Shown piece by piece: positions 37,214 through 46,286 of a stretch of DNA of 64,000 nucleotides. Source of the stretch: Verrucomicrobiota bacterium (GTDB lineage: Bacteria > Verrucomicrobiota > Verrucomicrobiia > Limisphaerales > J093); the NCBI GenBank assembly GCA_022710935.1, contig JAKLFY010000010.1, positions 19,562 to 83,561 of the forward strand. Direction: 5' to 3'. The notes under the pieces were generated by a model. The model was not told where the DNA came from. It saw nothing but the letters and a program-made list of their open reading frames with translations, and did not search any database. Made by a program: the position numbers and the translations under genes. Each line of letters opens with the position of its first letter. Position 1 is the first letter of the stretch.

Positions 37214-37517
37214 TTGACATTCAGAGGGTCAATGCGCACGGGGACCGTGAACCAGGAATGTTCAACGCTCAACGCTCAACCAGCCACCAGCCGACTCATG
37301 GGCGTCGCGCTTTCATCGTCTCCGGCAACGCCGACACCGCAACGGACGGGGCGTGTGGCACGCCGACCCGCCTTGCCATCGCGGCGGCGGGACGCGGCGA
37401 CTGCGCTGGGCGAGGCGCGGAGGCTCCGGGGCCATCTGCTGCCAGTGACGTCCCTCCGGGGAAATTGACCGCGTTCAGGTTGTTGGGCCTGACCAGGGGC
37501 AGGCCCGAGTTTCTGAA
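37214..37517. repeat. Composite intergenic repeat R2 (module A + 3x heptamer array + GC-rich body)
   Basis: A 304-bp direct repeat of R1, with a heptamer array at 37259-37279 (3 units) and a duplicated CCAGCC(A/G) heptamer. It ends 30 nt before the ASPIC gene start. Confidence 0.85.
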
Positions 37518-37546
37518 TTCGGAGCTGCATTTGAGGCTTTCGCTCG

Positions 37547-40500
37547 ATGGCGTCGGCGGCTATTGATGCGAGAGCGGACGATGGCATGGGCGCTTTCGGG
37601 AACATCCTGGTCTTCGCCACGGGCGTCCTCGCGGGAGGGTGGACGATCTGTGCGGCTTCCGTTTCGGCCCTGGTTTGGGGGACGGGCGAGGGGTTTCGCG
37701 CCGCCGCGCTCCCTGTGTTCGAGGGGGGGCGCGCAGGGTTCACGCTTCTTGCGGCATCGGAGACGGGCATCGCGTTCGCGAACATGCTGCCCGAGTCGCG
37801 TTTTGTGACCAACCAGGTGTTGCCCAACGGGGCGGGTGTCGCGGCGGGCGACGTCGACGGCGACGGCTGGTGCGATCTCTACTTTTGCGGGCTGAGTGTG
37901 AGCAACCGGCTCTACCGGAACCTGGGTGGCTGGCGTTTCGAGGACATCACCGGGGTGGCTGGCGTCGCGTGCGCGAACCGGGATTGCACGGGCGCCGCGT
38001 TCGCCGATCTCGATGGGGACGGCGATCTCGACCTGGTGGTCAACTCGATCGGCGGCGGGACCCACCTGTTCTTCAACAACGGGCGCGGCGGTTTTGCGGC
38101 CAGCCCGACCCCGTTGAATCCAGGGCGGGGCGGCACGTCGCTGGCATTGGCGGACGCCGACGGCGACGGGGACCTGGATTTGTACGTCGCCAATTACCGC
38201 ACTTCGACTTTGATGGACGCGCCCGGGACGCGCTTCACGCTCAAAGTGGTCGACGGGCGCCCGTTCGTCGCCGCGATCAACGGGCGTCCGCCGACCGATC
38301 TCGAGTGGACGAATCGGTTTCGGTTCAGCTTCGATCTGGGGTCGGGTGGCGTGGGGCGATTCGCCCGGGAGGAGTTGGGCGAGCCCGATGTGTTCTTTCT
38401 GAACGACGGGCACGGACGATTCACTCCCGTGCCGTGGACTGGCGGCGCGTTTCTGGACGAGGACGGCCAACCGCTGACGCAGCCGTTGTTCGACTGGGGG
38501 CTTTCGGTCCTGTTCCGCGATTTCAACGGAGACGGGCGCCCGGATCTCTATGTCTGCAACGACTTTGCCACGCCGGACCGTTTCTGGCTCAACGAAGGGC
38601 AGGGCCGGTTCCGGCTCGCGCCCAGGCTCGCGCTGCGTCAGACGAGCCTGGCGTCGATGTCGGGCGATGTTGCGGACATCGACCGGGACGGTCACGTCGA
38701 TTTCATGGTCACGGAGATGCTGAGTCCCGACCACAGCCGGCGGCTGACCCAGAGAAACGTCGTGCAGGGCGAGACGCCCGCCGGAACACAGATTGAAGGC
38801 CGTCCCCAGTACCCGCGCAACACCCTGTTCCTGAGCCGTGGGGACGGGACCTATGCCGAGATTGCGCAATATTGCGGTGTCGAGGCTTCAGAATGGTCCT
38901 GGGGACCGCTCTTCCTGGATGTCGACCTGGACGGTTACGAGGATGTGCTGGTGCCCAACGGATTCGAACGCGACAACATGAACGCGGACGTCCAGGCCCG
39001 CATCCATGCGGCCAAGGCGGGACGGAAGATGTTGACCGTGGACGAGCTGCAATTGCGCCGGATGTTCCCGCGTCTGAACACGGCCAATCTGGCCTTTCGG
39101 AACACCGGCGCGCTCGAGTTCGTGGAATGCAGCACGACGTGGGGATTCGACCAGCCGACCATTTCGCAGGGGGCGTGTCTTGCCGATCTCGACAACGACG
39201 GCGACCTCGATGTGGCGGTGAACAACATGAACAGCCCGGCCGGGATCTACCGCAATGAGTCGCTCGCACCGCGTCTGGGCGTCCGGCTGCGGGGACGTCC
39301 GCCGAACACCAGCGGCGCCGGGGCGCGCATCACGGTTTCGGGCGGACCGGTCGAGCAAAGCCAGGAGATGGTTTTGGGCGGACGCTATTGTTCGGGCGAT
39401 CAGGCGCAGCGCACCTTCGCGGCAGGCTCGGGGCGGTCGATGGATGTCAGGGTGCGGTGGCGCAGCGGGCGTGAGACGATCCTGACAAACATTGGTCCGA
39501 ATCGCCTGATCGAGATCATCGAGTCGGACGGAACCGCGTCGGTGTCATCAGCCGCGCCGATCGAAATCGGGCAGGGGACTGCCGGGGAGGGAGGTTTGCG
39601 GCGCGATCGCGGAGGCGAACGGGTTTCGGAGTCTCCGGCGCTCCGATTTGTTGACGTGAGCAGCGCGATTCGGCACGTGCATGTGGACGAGCCCTATGAC
39701 GATTTCGGGCGGCAACCGTTGTTGCCGCGGAAGCTGAGTCAGCTCGGCCCCGGCGCGGCCTGGTGGGACATGGACGGCGACGGGCGGGACGATTTGGTGA
39801 TTGGGGGCGGACGGGGCGGCGCGGCCGCGTTGTTCCTGAACCTGGGCGATGACCGTTTCAAGCGCTCGACGCACGAGGCGTGGCGTCGCGCGCTCGATCG
39901 CGATATGGCCGGGCTGGCCGGGATCGCCCCAGGCGAACTGTTGGGCGCGATGGCGAACTACGAAGACGGCGTCACGAATGGAGTCGGGGTCGCAGTTTGG
40001 CGCAAGGAGGTGTCGACCGGGGTGCTGCCGCTTGCCCCGGCGAGTTTTGGGCCGATTGCGGTTGCCGATTTCGACGGCGACGGCGACCTCGACCTGTTTG
40101 TTGGCGCCCGCGCGGGGGCGGGGCGCTATCCGGAGGCGGTTGCGTCGGCACTCTGGCGGCGGGAAGGGGCGGGGTTTGAACTGGACTCCGAGAACACGGC
40201 GCGGCTGCCGCAAGGGTTGGTGAGCAGTGCGATCTGGACGGAACTGACGGGGGACGGCTGGCCCGAGTTGGTGCTGGCCTGCGATTGGGGGCCCATTCGG
40301 ATGTTTCGCAACGAGCGCGGACGGCTCAGCGAGTGGAATGTGCCGGTGAACGTTCAGCGTTCAACGTTCAACGTTCAACATTCAACCCCCAGCCGCGCCC
40401 TCGCCATCAACCCTCTTCCATCAACGCTCGACGAAATGACAGGCTGGTGGAACGGGGTGGGGGCGGGCGATTTCGACAACGATGGGCGGCTCGATTTGGT

Positions 40501-41440
40501 GGTTGCCAACTGGGGCTCGAACACCCGCTACCAGCGCTGGCGTCCTCAGGCCCTTCGGTTGACGTTTGGCGACTTCGATGGCGATGGAGCGATCGAGACG
40601 ATCGAGAACCACTACGCGCCCGCACTGCGCGCGCACGCGCCGGACCGCATGCTGGATGTCGTGACCCGGGCGATTCCCAGCCTGGCCGGGCGTTTCCCGA
40701 ACCACCAGTCCTGGGCCGCCGCCACCATCGACGCGGTCCTGGGCGAGTGGCGCGATTCCGCACGCCAGGTCGAGGCCGTTTGGCTCGAGTCGACGCTGCT
40801 GCTCAACCGGGACGATCATTTCGAGGTCCGGGTGTTGCCGGCGGAAGCGCAATTCGCCCCTGCATTTGCGGTCTGCGTTGGCGATGCGGATGGCGACGGC
40901 AACGAGGATGTCTTTCTGAGTCAGAACTTCTTCGGGGTGGGCGCCGACACGTCGCGTTCCGATGCGGGACGGGGCCTCTGGTTGCGAGGCGATGGGCGGG
41001 GCGGTCTCGATCCGGTGCGGGGCGAGGATTGCGGCGTGCGGGTTTACGGCGAGCAGCGCGGGGCTGCGTTGGCAGACTTCGATGCGGACGGGCGCGTGGA
41101 TTTTGCGGTCACGCAGAGCGGCGCGGAGACGAAGCTGTATCGCAATGTCGGGGCCAGGCCGGGATTGCGGGTCCGGATCGAGGGGCCGGCGCAGAATCCG
41201 CTGGGACTCGGTGCGGTCATGCGCCTGCATTCGGGGGACACGGCCGGGGCGGCGCGCGAGGTGCGCGGGGGGGGCGGGTATTGGTCTCAGGACAGCCCCG
41301 TTGGCGTACTCGGGGCGGCGGGGGCCCCCACGGCGCTCGAGGTGCGTTGGCCGGGCGGACGCGTCACTTGGACGCCAGTGCCGCCGGGTCTGAGGGAGAT
41401 CGTGGTGCGCGCGGGTGCGGGAAGCGAACGAGTCGAGTGA
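37547..41440 (+). CDS. FG-GAP/VCBS repeat + UnbV_ASPIC (CRTAC1-family) protein, tandem double module, paralogue 1
   Basis: Many FG-GAP calcium loops (GDVDGDGWCDLYF, ADLDGDGDLDLVV, ADADGDGDLDLYV, ADLDNDGDLDVAV...). Two UnbV_ASPIC-like segments are present: GARITVSGGPVEQSQEMVLGGRYCSGD...VRVRWRSGRE, and MRLHSGD...GGGYWSQDS...VRWPGGRV. ATG at 37547, alternative at 37586. Confidence 0.85.
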   Translation: MASAAIDARADDGMGAFGNILVFATGVLAGGWTICAASVSALVWGTGEGFRAAALPVFEGGRAGFTLLAASETGIAFANMLPESRFVTNQVLPNGAGVAAGDVDGDGWCDLYFCGLSVSNRLYRNLGGWRFEDITGVAGVACANRDCTGAAFADLDGDGDLDLVVNSIGGGTHLFFNNGRGGFAASPTPLNPGRGGTSLALADADGDGDLDLYVANYRTSTLMDAPGTRFTLKVVDGRPFVAAINGRPPTDLEWTNRFRFSFDLGSGGVGRFAREELGEPDVFFLNDGHGRFTPVPWTGGAFLDEDGQPLTQPLFDWGLSVLFRDFNGDGRPDLYVCNDFATPDRFWLNEGQGRFRLAPRLALRQTSLASMSGDVADIDRDGHVDFMVTEMLSPDHSRRLTQRNVVQGETPAGTQIEGRPQYPRNTLFLSRGDGTYAEIAQYCGVEASEWSWGPLFLDVDLDGYEDVLVPNGFERDNMNADVQARIHAAKAGRKMLTVDELQLRRMFPRLNTANLAFRNTGALEFVECSTTWGFDQPTISQGACLADLDNDGDLDVAVNNMNSPAGIYRNESLAPRLGVRLRGRPPNTSGAGARITVSGGPVEQSQEMVLGGRYCSGDQAQRTFAAGSGRSMDVRVRWRSGRETILTNIGPNRLIEIIESDGTASVSSAAPIEIGQGTAGEGGLRRDRGGERVSESPALRFVDVSSAIRHVHVDEPYDDFGRQPLLPRKLSQLGPGAAWWDMDGDGRDDLVIGGGRGGAAALFLNLGDDRFKRSTHEAWRRALDRDMAGLAGIAPGELLGAMANYEDGVTNGVGVAVWRKEVSTGVLPLAPASFGPIAVADFDGDGDLDLFVGARAGAGRYPEAVASALWRREGAGFELDSENTARLPQGLVSSAIWTELTGDGWPELVLACDWGPIRMFRNERGRLSEWNVPVNVQRSTFNVQHSTPSRALAINPLPSTLDEMTGWWNGVGAGDFDNDGRLDLVVANWGSNTRYQRWRPQALRLTFGDFDGDGAIETIENHYAPALRAHAPDRMLDVVTRAIPSLAGRFPNHQSWAAATIDAVLGEWRDSARQVEAVWLESTLLLNRDDHFEVRVLPAEAQFAPAFAVCVGDADGDGNEDVFLSQNFFGVGADTSRSDAGRGLWLRGDGRGGLDPVRGEDCGVRVYGEQRGAALADFDADGRVDFAVTQSGAETKLYRNVGARPGLRVRIEGPAQNPLGLGAVMRLHSGDTAGAAREVRGGGGYWSQDSPVGVLGAAGAPTALEVRWPGGRVTWTPVPPGLREIVVRAGAGSERVE

Positions 41441-41645
41441 TGTTCTCCGGTTTTATCTTGCAGGTGGCGGGAGGCTGGTGCCTAACATCGGGGACAGTTC
41501 AAGAATGCACTTTGGGGCATTCGATGTCAGAGGTGACCTTTCGACAACGCCTTCCGCGTGTAGAGGTGGCGGCCTGGGTGGGTGCCCAGGCTCCGCGGGC
41601 ATGGCGCAGGGACGGGGATCCGATGACGAACAGAGACGGAATCCT

Positions 41646-44600
41646 ATGCACAAGAGATTGATACAGGGGTTTGCGGCGATGGCTCTGGCTGGCGCGACCG
41701 CGCTGGCGGGATCCTTCACCTCGAACTTCAGCGACCCCTTCCAACTGGGGTTCAGCCTGACGAGCAATGGCGCCATGCGCGCGGACGGGGTGACCCCGTT
41801 CATGCCGGCGGTCGAGGACGGGCATCTTGTCCTCACGTACAACGAGGCGGGTGCGATCGGGACGTTCATCCTGGATGATCTGGACGCGTACCAGGCGATC
41901 GAGAGTTTCACCGCGAGGTTCAAGCTGCAGATCGGGCCCGGATCGGCCGAGCCAGCAGACGGCGCAGCGTTCTGTTTCAGCCCGGAGATCTATTCGTACA
42001 CCTCGAACTTTGGCGAGCAAGGCGTGGGCACCGGGATCACCGTCAGCTTTGACATCTACGTCAACGCTGACGTGGGCGAGACCTCCCCGGCCATCAAGGT
42101 GAACTACGAGGGAACCACCGTGGCGATCGCGCCGTTTGCCAAGCCCGAGATGGTGACGAGCCAGTTCGAAGACGTCTTCATTCAGCTCACCCGGAGCGGC
42201 ACGCTGAACGTGGGCTACAAGGGGGCGATCGTGTTCACCAACCTGGTCCTGCCCGACTTCGTTCCCTCCGCGGGCCAGTTCGCCATCGGCGCCCGCGCCG
42301 GCGGCCAGAGCGCGCTCCATCAGGTCGACGATCTCACCGTGACGACCGTGGTTCAGGGCGCAGGCGTGGGGCCTTCCATCACGTCGCATCCCCAGAGTCA
42401 GACCGTCGACGAGGCGGCGACCGCCACGTTCACCATCGGCTTCGACGGTTCGGCGCCACTGGCTTTTCAGTGGTACAAGAACAACGCACCCATTGACGGG
42501 GCGACCGATCCGACGCTGACCTTGACGGGCGTCAGCTTCAGCGACAACCAGAGCAAGTACAAGTGCGAGGTCAGCAACACGCTGGGGACGGCGACCTCGA
42601 ACGAGGCGACACTGACAGTGGTTCAGGACACGACCCCGCCGGTGTTGATCTCGGCGCAAGGGAACACGGACTTCCTGGGCGTCGTGGTGACGTTCTCCGA
42701 GCCGGTGGCGGTCGACAGTGGCGGCAACAAGGACAACTATGCCATTGCCGGCCTGACCATCAACTCGGCGACGGTGAACGGGGCGACCGTGGTGCTGGCC
42801 ACCTCGAAACAGTCCGAGGGGACGAGCTACACGCTGGTGGTGAATAACGTCAAGGACCGGTCGGCCAGCGGCAACACCATTGCCGCCAATAGCCAGGCCA
42901 CATTCAAGACCTTTGCGTTCATGCTCGGGACGGTGCTTCACAAGAAGTACGAGAACGTCAGCGACAACGCCGGCGGCGATCCTGCGAACCTGTTCAACGA
43001 TCCGCGGTATCCGAACCAGCCGGATCGGGCCGATCTCCTCACGGCGTGGGAGTATCCCCCGAACGGTGCGGGGCGCGATGCGGTCGCGGATCCGACGCGG
43101 AATTACTTCGACACCATCGAGGGCTATTTCATCCCGCCTGAGAACGGCAACTACGTGTTCCTGACGGCCGGTGCGGACCGGTGGTGGCTCTATTTGAGCA
43201 CGGACGACAATCCGGCGAACCTGGTGATGATCGCGGCGGAACCAGGTGGTTGGAGCAATCCGCGCGGTTGGACGCAGATCCACTCCGGGAGCCTCGAAGC
43301 CCGCCGGTCGGACCAGTCGTTGCACAATCAATGGGCGACGGCTCCGACCATCACGCTCGAGAAGGGCAAGCGGTATTACATGCTGCAGATCCATCATGAC
43401 CCGAGCTGGTGCGGGGCAGACGACTTCGGCACCACCTACATCAAGGAGGGCGACACGGATCCGGCCAACGGCAGCGTGCCGACCCTGACTGGCGGAGTGA
43501 TCGGTTGCCTGTTGGACCCGACGGGGTCGTCGGTGACCATCACCCAGCATCCGCAGGACGCGAACATCGAGGCGGGGCGCAGTGCTGTGTTTAGCGTGGC
43601 TGCGACCGGCTCCTCGCTCTACGGTTCACTCCTCACCTACCAATGGCAGCGGCGCGCCCCGGGCGCGGGGACATGGACGGACATCGCGGGGGCCAACGCG
43701 GCCACCTACACGACACCCGCGCTGACGCTTGCGGACAATGGCGCCCAGTATCGTGCCATCTGCATGGTGCCGGCGATCAACGAGCCCACCGAGGCGGCGA
43801 CGCTGACGGTGTTCGCCGACACCCTGGCGCCCACCCTCGTCTCGGCTCGTGGAAGCAGCGACTTCTTGACTGCGGTGGTCCTTTTCTCGGAGCCGGTCGA
43901 CGCGGTGAGCGGCGGCAACATTCTGAACTACAACATTCCGGGGCTTTCGGTGAGTTCGGCGACAGTCCTCGGTCAGGAAGTGCTTCTCGCCACGAGTCGT
44001 CAGACCGAGGGCGCGATCTACACGATCACCGTGAACAACGTCAAGGACCGCTCGGTTGCGGGCAACACGATCGCCCCGAACAGCACTGTCCAGTTCCGCG
44101 GCTTCGTCTTCACGCCGGGCAACGTGCTTCGCAAGAAGTATAACAACATGAGCGACGCCATGGGCGAGGATCCAGCCAACCTGTTCAACGATCCGCGCTA
44201 CCCCCTCCAGCCAGATCGAATGGACCTCGTGTCGGCGTTCGAGTATCCGGCCAATGGTGCTGGCCGCGACGCGGTGGCGGACCCAAACCGCCTCTACTAT
44301 GACACGCTCGAGGCGTTCTTCGCTCCGCCCGAGGACGGCAACTACGTGTTCTTCACCGCCGGGGCCGATCGCTGGTGGCTCTATCTGAGCACTGACGAAG
44401 ACCCGGCGAACCTCTGCCTGATCGCGGCCGAACCCGGCGGTTGGAGCGATCCGCGCGGCTGGCTGCAAACCTATGACAGCCCGCCCGAGGATCATTTGGC
44501 CGCTCATCGGTCCGATCAGTATCCCCTCACCGAGTGGCCTTACGGCAACACCATCACGCTCGAAGCCGAGAAGCGCTATTACATGCTGATGGTCCATCAC

Positions 44601-45749
44601 GATCCGAGTTGGGCCGGCGGCGACTGGTACGCGGCCACCTACAAACTCGAATCCGAGCTCGACCCGGCCAACGGGACGGCGCCGACCCTGACTGGGAACG
44701 TTGTCGGCAGCTTCGTGCAGGCCCCGCTCAAGCTGGAGATCACCCAACAGCCTCAGAGCGTGACGACGCATGGATGGGATCAGGCCGTCTTCACGGTGGA
44801 CGCCACCACCGATGTTTCCTACCCGCCGACCTATCAGTGGCGACGCGATGGCACCCCGATCCCGGGGGCCACGGGCAAGACCTTCTCCCTGGTCACGAGC
44901 CTCGCCGACAACGGCGCCAAGTTCGATTGCGTCGTTTCCCTGCTCAATTATCCCAACCCTGTCACCAGTGACGCGGCGACGCTCACGGTGTTGGGCGACG
45001 CGGTCTTTGTGCCGGGCTCGCTCAAGGAGGAGCGGTTCAACGGCACCAGCCGTCAGGCCGTCGAGATCGGCAACGTTGGCGCGCCCGAATTCCTGGGGAC
45101 GCTGACTGCGTTCTCGGCCGGGGTTGACGTGGCCGACAACTTCACCCGGCGCGTGAGCGGGTTGTTCGTCCCGCAGACCGCGGGCAACTATGTCTTCTTT
45201 GTCTGCTCGGACGACGACAGCGACTTGTTCATCAGCACGGACGATCAGCCCGCGAACAAGCGGCTGGTGGCCCAGGAACAGGGCTGGAGCGCCGCGTTGC
45301 AGTGGCACACCGCCAACGGCGGCGACCCGACCATGAAACGTTCCGATCTCTGGTCGCCTGACGGAGGCGTGACCGTTCCTTGGGCGGCGGGCATCGCCCT
45401 CGAAGCGAACAAGCGCTACTACATCGAGGGTGTGCAGCACGAAGGAACCGGCGGCGACAACTTCGCGGCGACCTTCATCGTCCAGTACGGAGCCGAGCCG
45501 GCCAACGGCGACCCGAGCGCCTTCGTGCCCGCGGTCATCGGGCGGATGGACGCGCCGGCTACGGATCAGCCCAGGATCACACGCATCGTCGAGAATGCCG
45601 ACGGCACGATCACGGTGGAATGGGCCGGCGGCGGGACACTCCAGGCTGCGACCAGCATCCTGGGCCCGTGGCAGGATGTGACAGGCGCGACCAGCCCGTA
45701 CACGTTCACGCCGGAGGCGCCAATCATGTTCGGTCGGATTCGCCGGTAG
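41646..45749 (+). CDS. Giant secreted adhesin-like protein: L-type-lectin-like domain + 3x [Ig-like + (SbsA-Ig-like) + PA14-like] modules
   Basis: ATG at 41646 (MHKRLIQGFAAMALAGATALAG is a signal peptide). Lectin-like ADGAAFCFSP...GITVSFDIY; Ig-like PSITSHPQSQTV...FQWYKNNAPI...YKCEVSN; PA14-like GYFIPPENGNYVFLTAGADRWWLYLS. The C-terminal module ends ...MFGRIRR. Confidence 0.8.
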   Translation: MHKRLIQGFAAMALAGATALAGSFTSNFSDPFQLGFSLTSNGAMRADGVTPFMPAVEDGHLVLTYNEAGAIGTFILDDLDAYQAIESFTARFKLQIGPGSAEPADGAAFCFSPEIYSYTSNFGEQGVGTGITVSFDIYVNADVGETSPAIKVNYEGTTVAIAPFAKPEMVTSQFEDVFIQLTRSGTLNVGYKGAIVFTNLVLPDFVPSAGQFAIGARAGGQSALHQVDDLTVTTVVQGAGVGPSITSHPQSQTVDEAATATFTIGFDGSAPLAFQWYKNNAPIDGATDPTLTLTGVSFSDNQSKYKCEVSNTLGTATSNEATLTVVQDTTPPVLISAQGNTDFLGVVVTFSEPVAVDSGGNKDNYAIAGLTINSATVNGATVVLATSKQSEGTSYTLVVNNVKDRSASGNTIAANSQATFKTFAFMLGTVLHKKYENVSDNAGGDPANLFNDPRYPNQPDRADLLTAWEYPPNGAGRDAVADPTRNYFDTIEGYFIPPENGNYVFLTAGADRWWLYLSTDDNPANLVMIAAEPGGWSNPRGWTQIHSGSLEARRSDQSLHNQWATAPTITLEKGKRYYMLQIHHDPSWCGADDFGTTYIKEGDTDPANGSVPTLTGGVIGCLLDPTGSSVTITQHPQDANIEAGRSAVFSVAATGSSLYGSLLTYQWQRRAPGAGTWTDIAGANAATYTTPALTLADNGAQYRAICMVPAINEPTEAATLTVFADTLAPTLVSARGSSDFLTAVVLFSEPVDAVSGGNILNYNIPGLSVSSATVLGQEVLLATSRQTEGAIYTITVNNVKDRSVAGNTIAPNSTVQFRGFVFTPGNVLRKKYNNMSDAMGEDPANLFNDPRYPLQPDRMDLVSAFEYPANGAGRDAVADPNRLYYDTLEAFFAPPEDGNYVFFTAGADRWWLYLSTDEDPANLCLIAAEPGGWSDPRGWLQTYDSPPEDHLAAHRSDQYPLTEWPYGNTITLEAEKRYYMLMVHHDPSWAGGDWYAATYKLESELDPANGTAPTLTGNVVGSFVQAPLKLEITQQPQSVTTHGWDQAVFTVDATTDVSYPPTYQWRRDGTPIPGATGKTFSLVTSLADNGAKFDCVVSLLNYPNPVTSDAATLTVLGDAVFVPGSLKEERFNGTSRQAVEIGNVGAPEFLGTLTAFSAGVDVADNFTRRVSGLFVPQTAGNYVFFVCSDDDSDLFISTDDQPANKRLVAQEQGWSAALQWHTANGGDPTMKRSDLWSPDGGVTVPWAAGIALEANKRYYIEGVQHEGTGGDNFAATFIVQYGAEPANGDPSAFVPAVIGRMDAPATDQPRITRIVENADGTITVEWAGGGTLQAATSILGPWQDVTGATSPYTFTPEAPIMFGRIRR

Positions 45750-45768
45750 TTTTACCAGGCATGACACA

Positions 45769-45800
45769 AGAGACCGGGCTCGCGCCCGGTCTCTTTTTTT
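45769..45800 (+). terminator. Rho-independent terminator after the giant adhesin gene
   Basis: An 11-bp perfect stem AGAGACCGGGC-TCGC-GCCCGGTCTCT followed by TTTTTT, 20 nt after the stop at 45749. Confidence 0.85.
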
Positions 45801-45954
45801 GCCCTTGCATGGGGGTTGATTGCGGCCTAATCGCTTTCCGTGACCCTTGACATGGAAAACAGCGCTACGCCGCCGCGGTTCAAAACGCTTCGCCTCTTCA
45901 AGCGTATTTGGCGAAGTGGCGGGGCCTTTGGAGTGCGGCGGTTTACGGCCGCTT

Positions 45955-46272
45955 TGGGTTCATGGTCCCAATGCGTTCATAAGAAACACAACTCCGCTCC
46001 CCAGGAACCGTGGTTCCGTAGCCATCCCGCATCGCGGGATGAGTCCGCGCCATCTCGCACCGCAAAGACAGGAATCAGCGCCGACTCACGTCGGCGGCTA
46101 CAAATCAGTTCATGGTCCCCGCGCGCATTGAGCGGGTGAATGTCAACGCTCCCCATGCATTGTGTGCGCAAACCGTTGGTAGCTGAAAGGAACGTTCAAC
46201 GCTCAACGTTCAACGTTCAACGCTCAACATGCACCTGAGCAGTTCGTTGGACGTTGGATGTTGAACGTTGCG
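45955..46272. repeat. Composite repeat region upstream of ASPIC paralogue 2
   Basis: 46019-46100 is a reversed copy of the 7420-7507 element with one arm degraded. 46105-46150 is reversed module A (...GGTGAATGTCAACG). A heptamer array lies at 46193-46227 (5 units), followed by an inverted heptamer array (TTGGACG TTGGATG TTGAACG) at 46247-46267. Confidence 0.8.
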
Positions 46273-46286
46273 CTGAGCAGGCCGCG

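Noticed and set aside
37345-37375. TGGCAC...TTGC-like string in repeat R2 as a sigma-54 promoter
   Set aside because: After TGGCAC the spacing to TTGC is wrong: the N5 position reads CCCG. The R1 copy has TGGTAC. No enhancer-binding protein gene is nearby.
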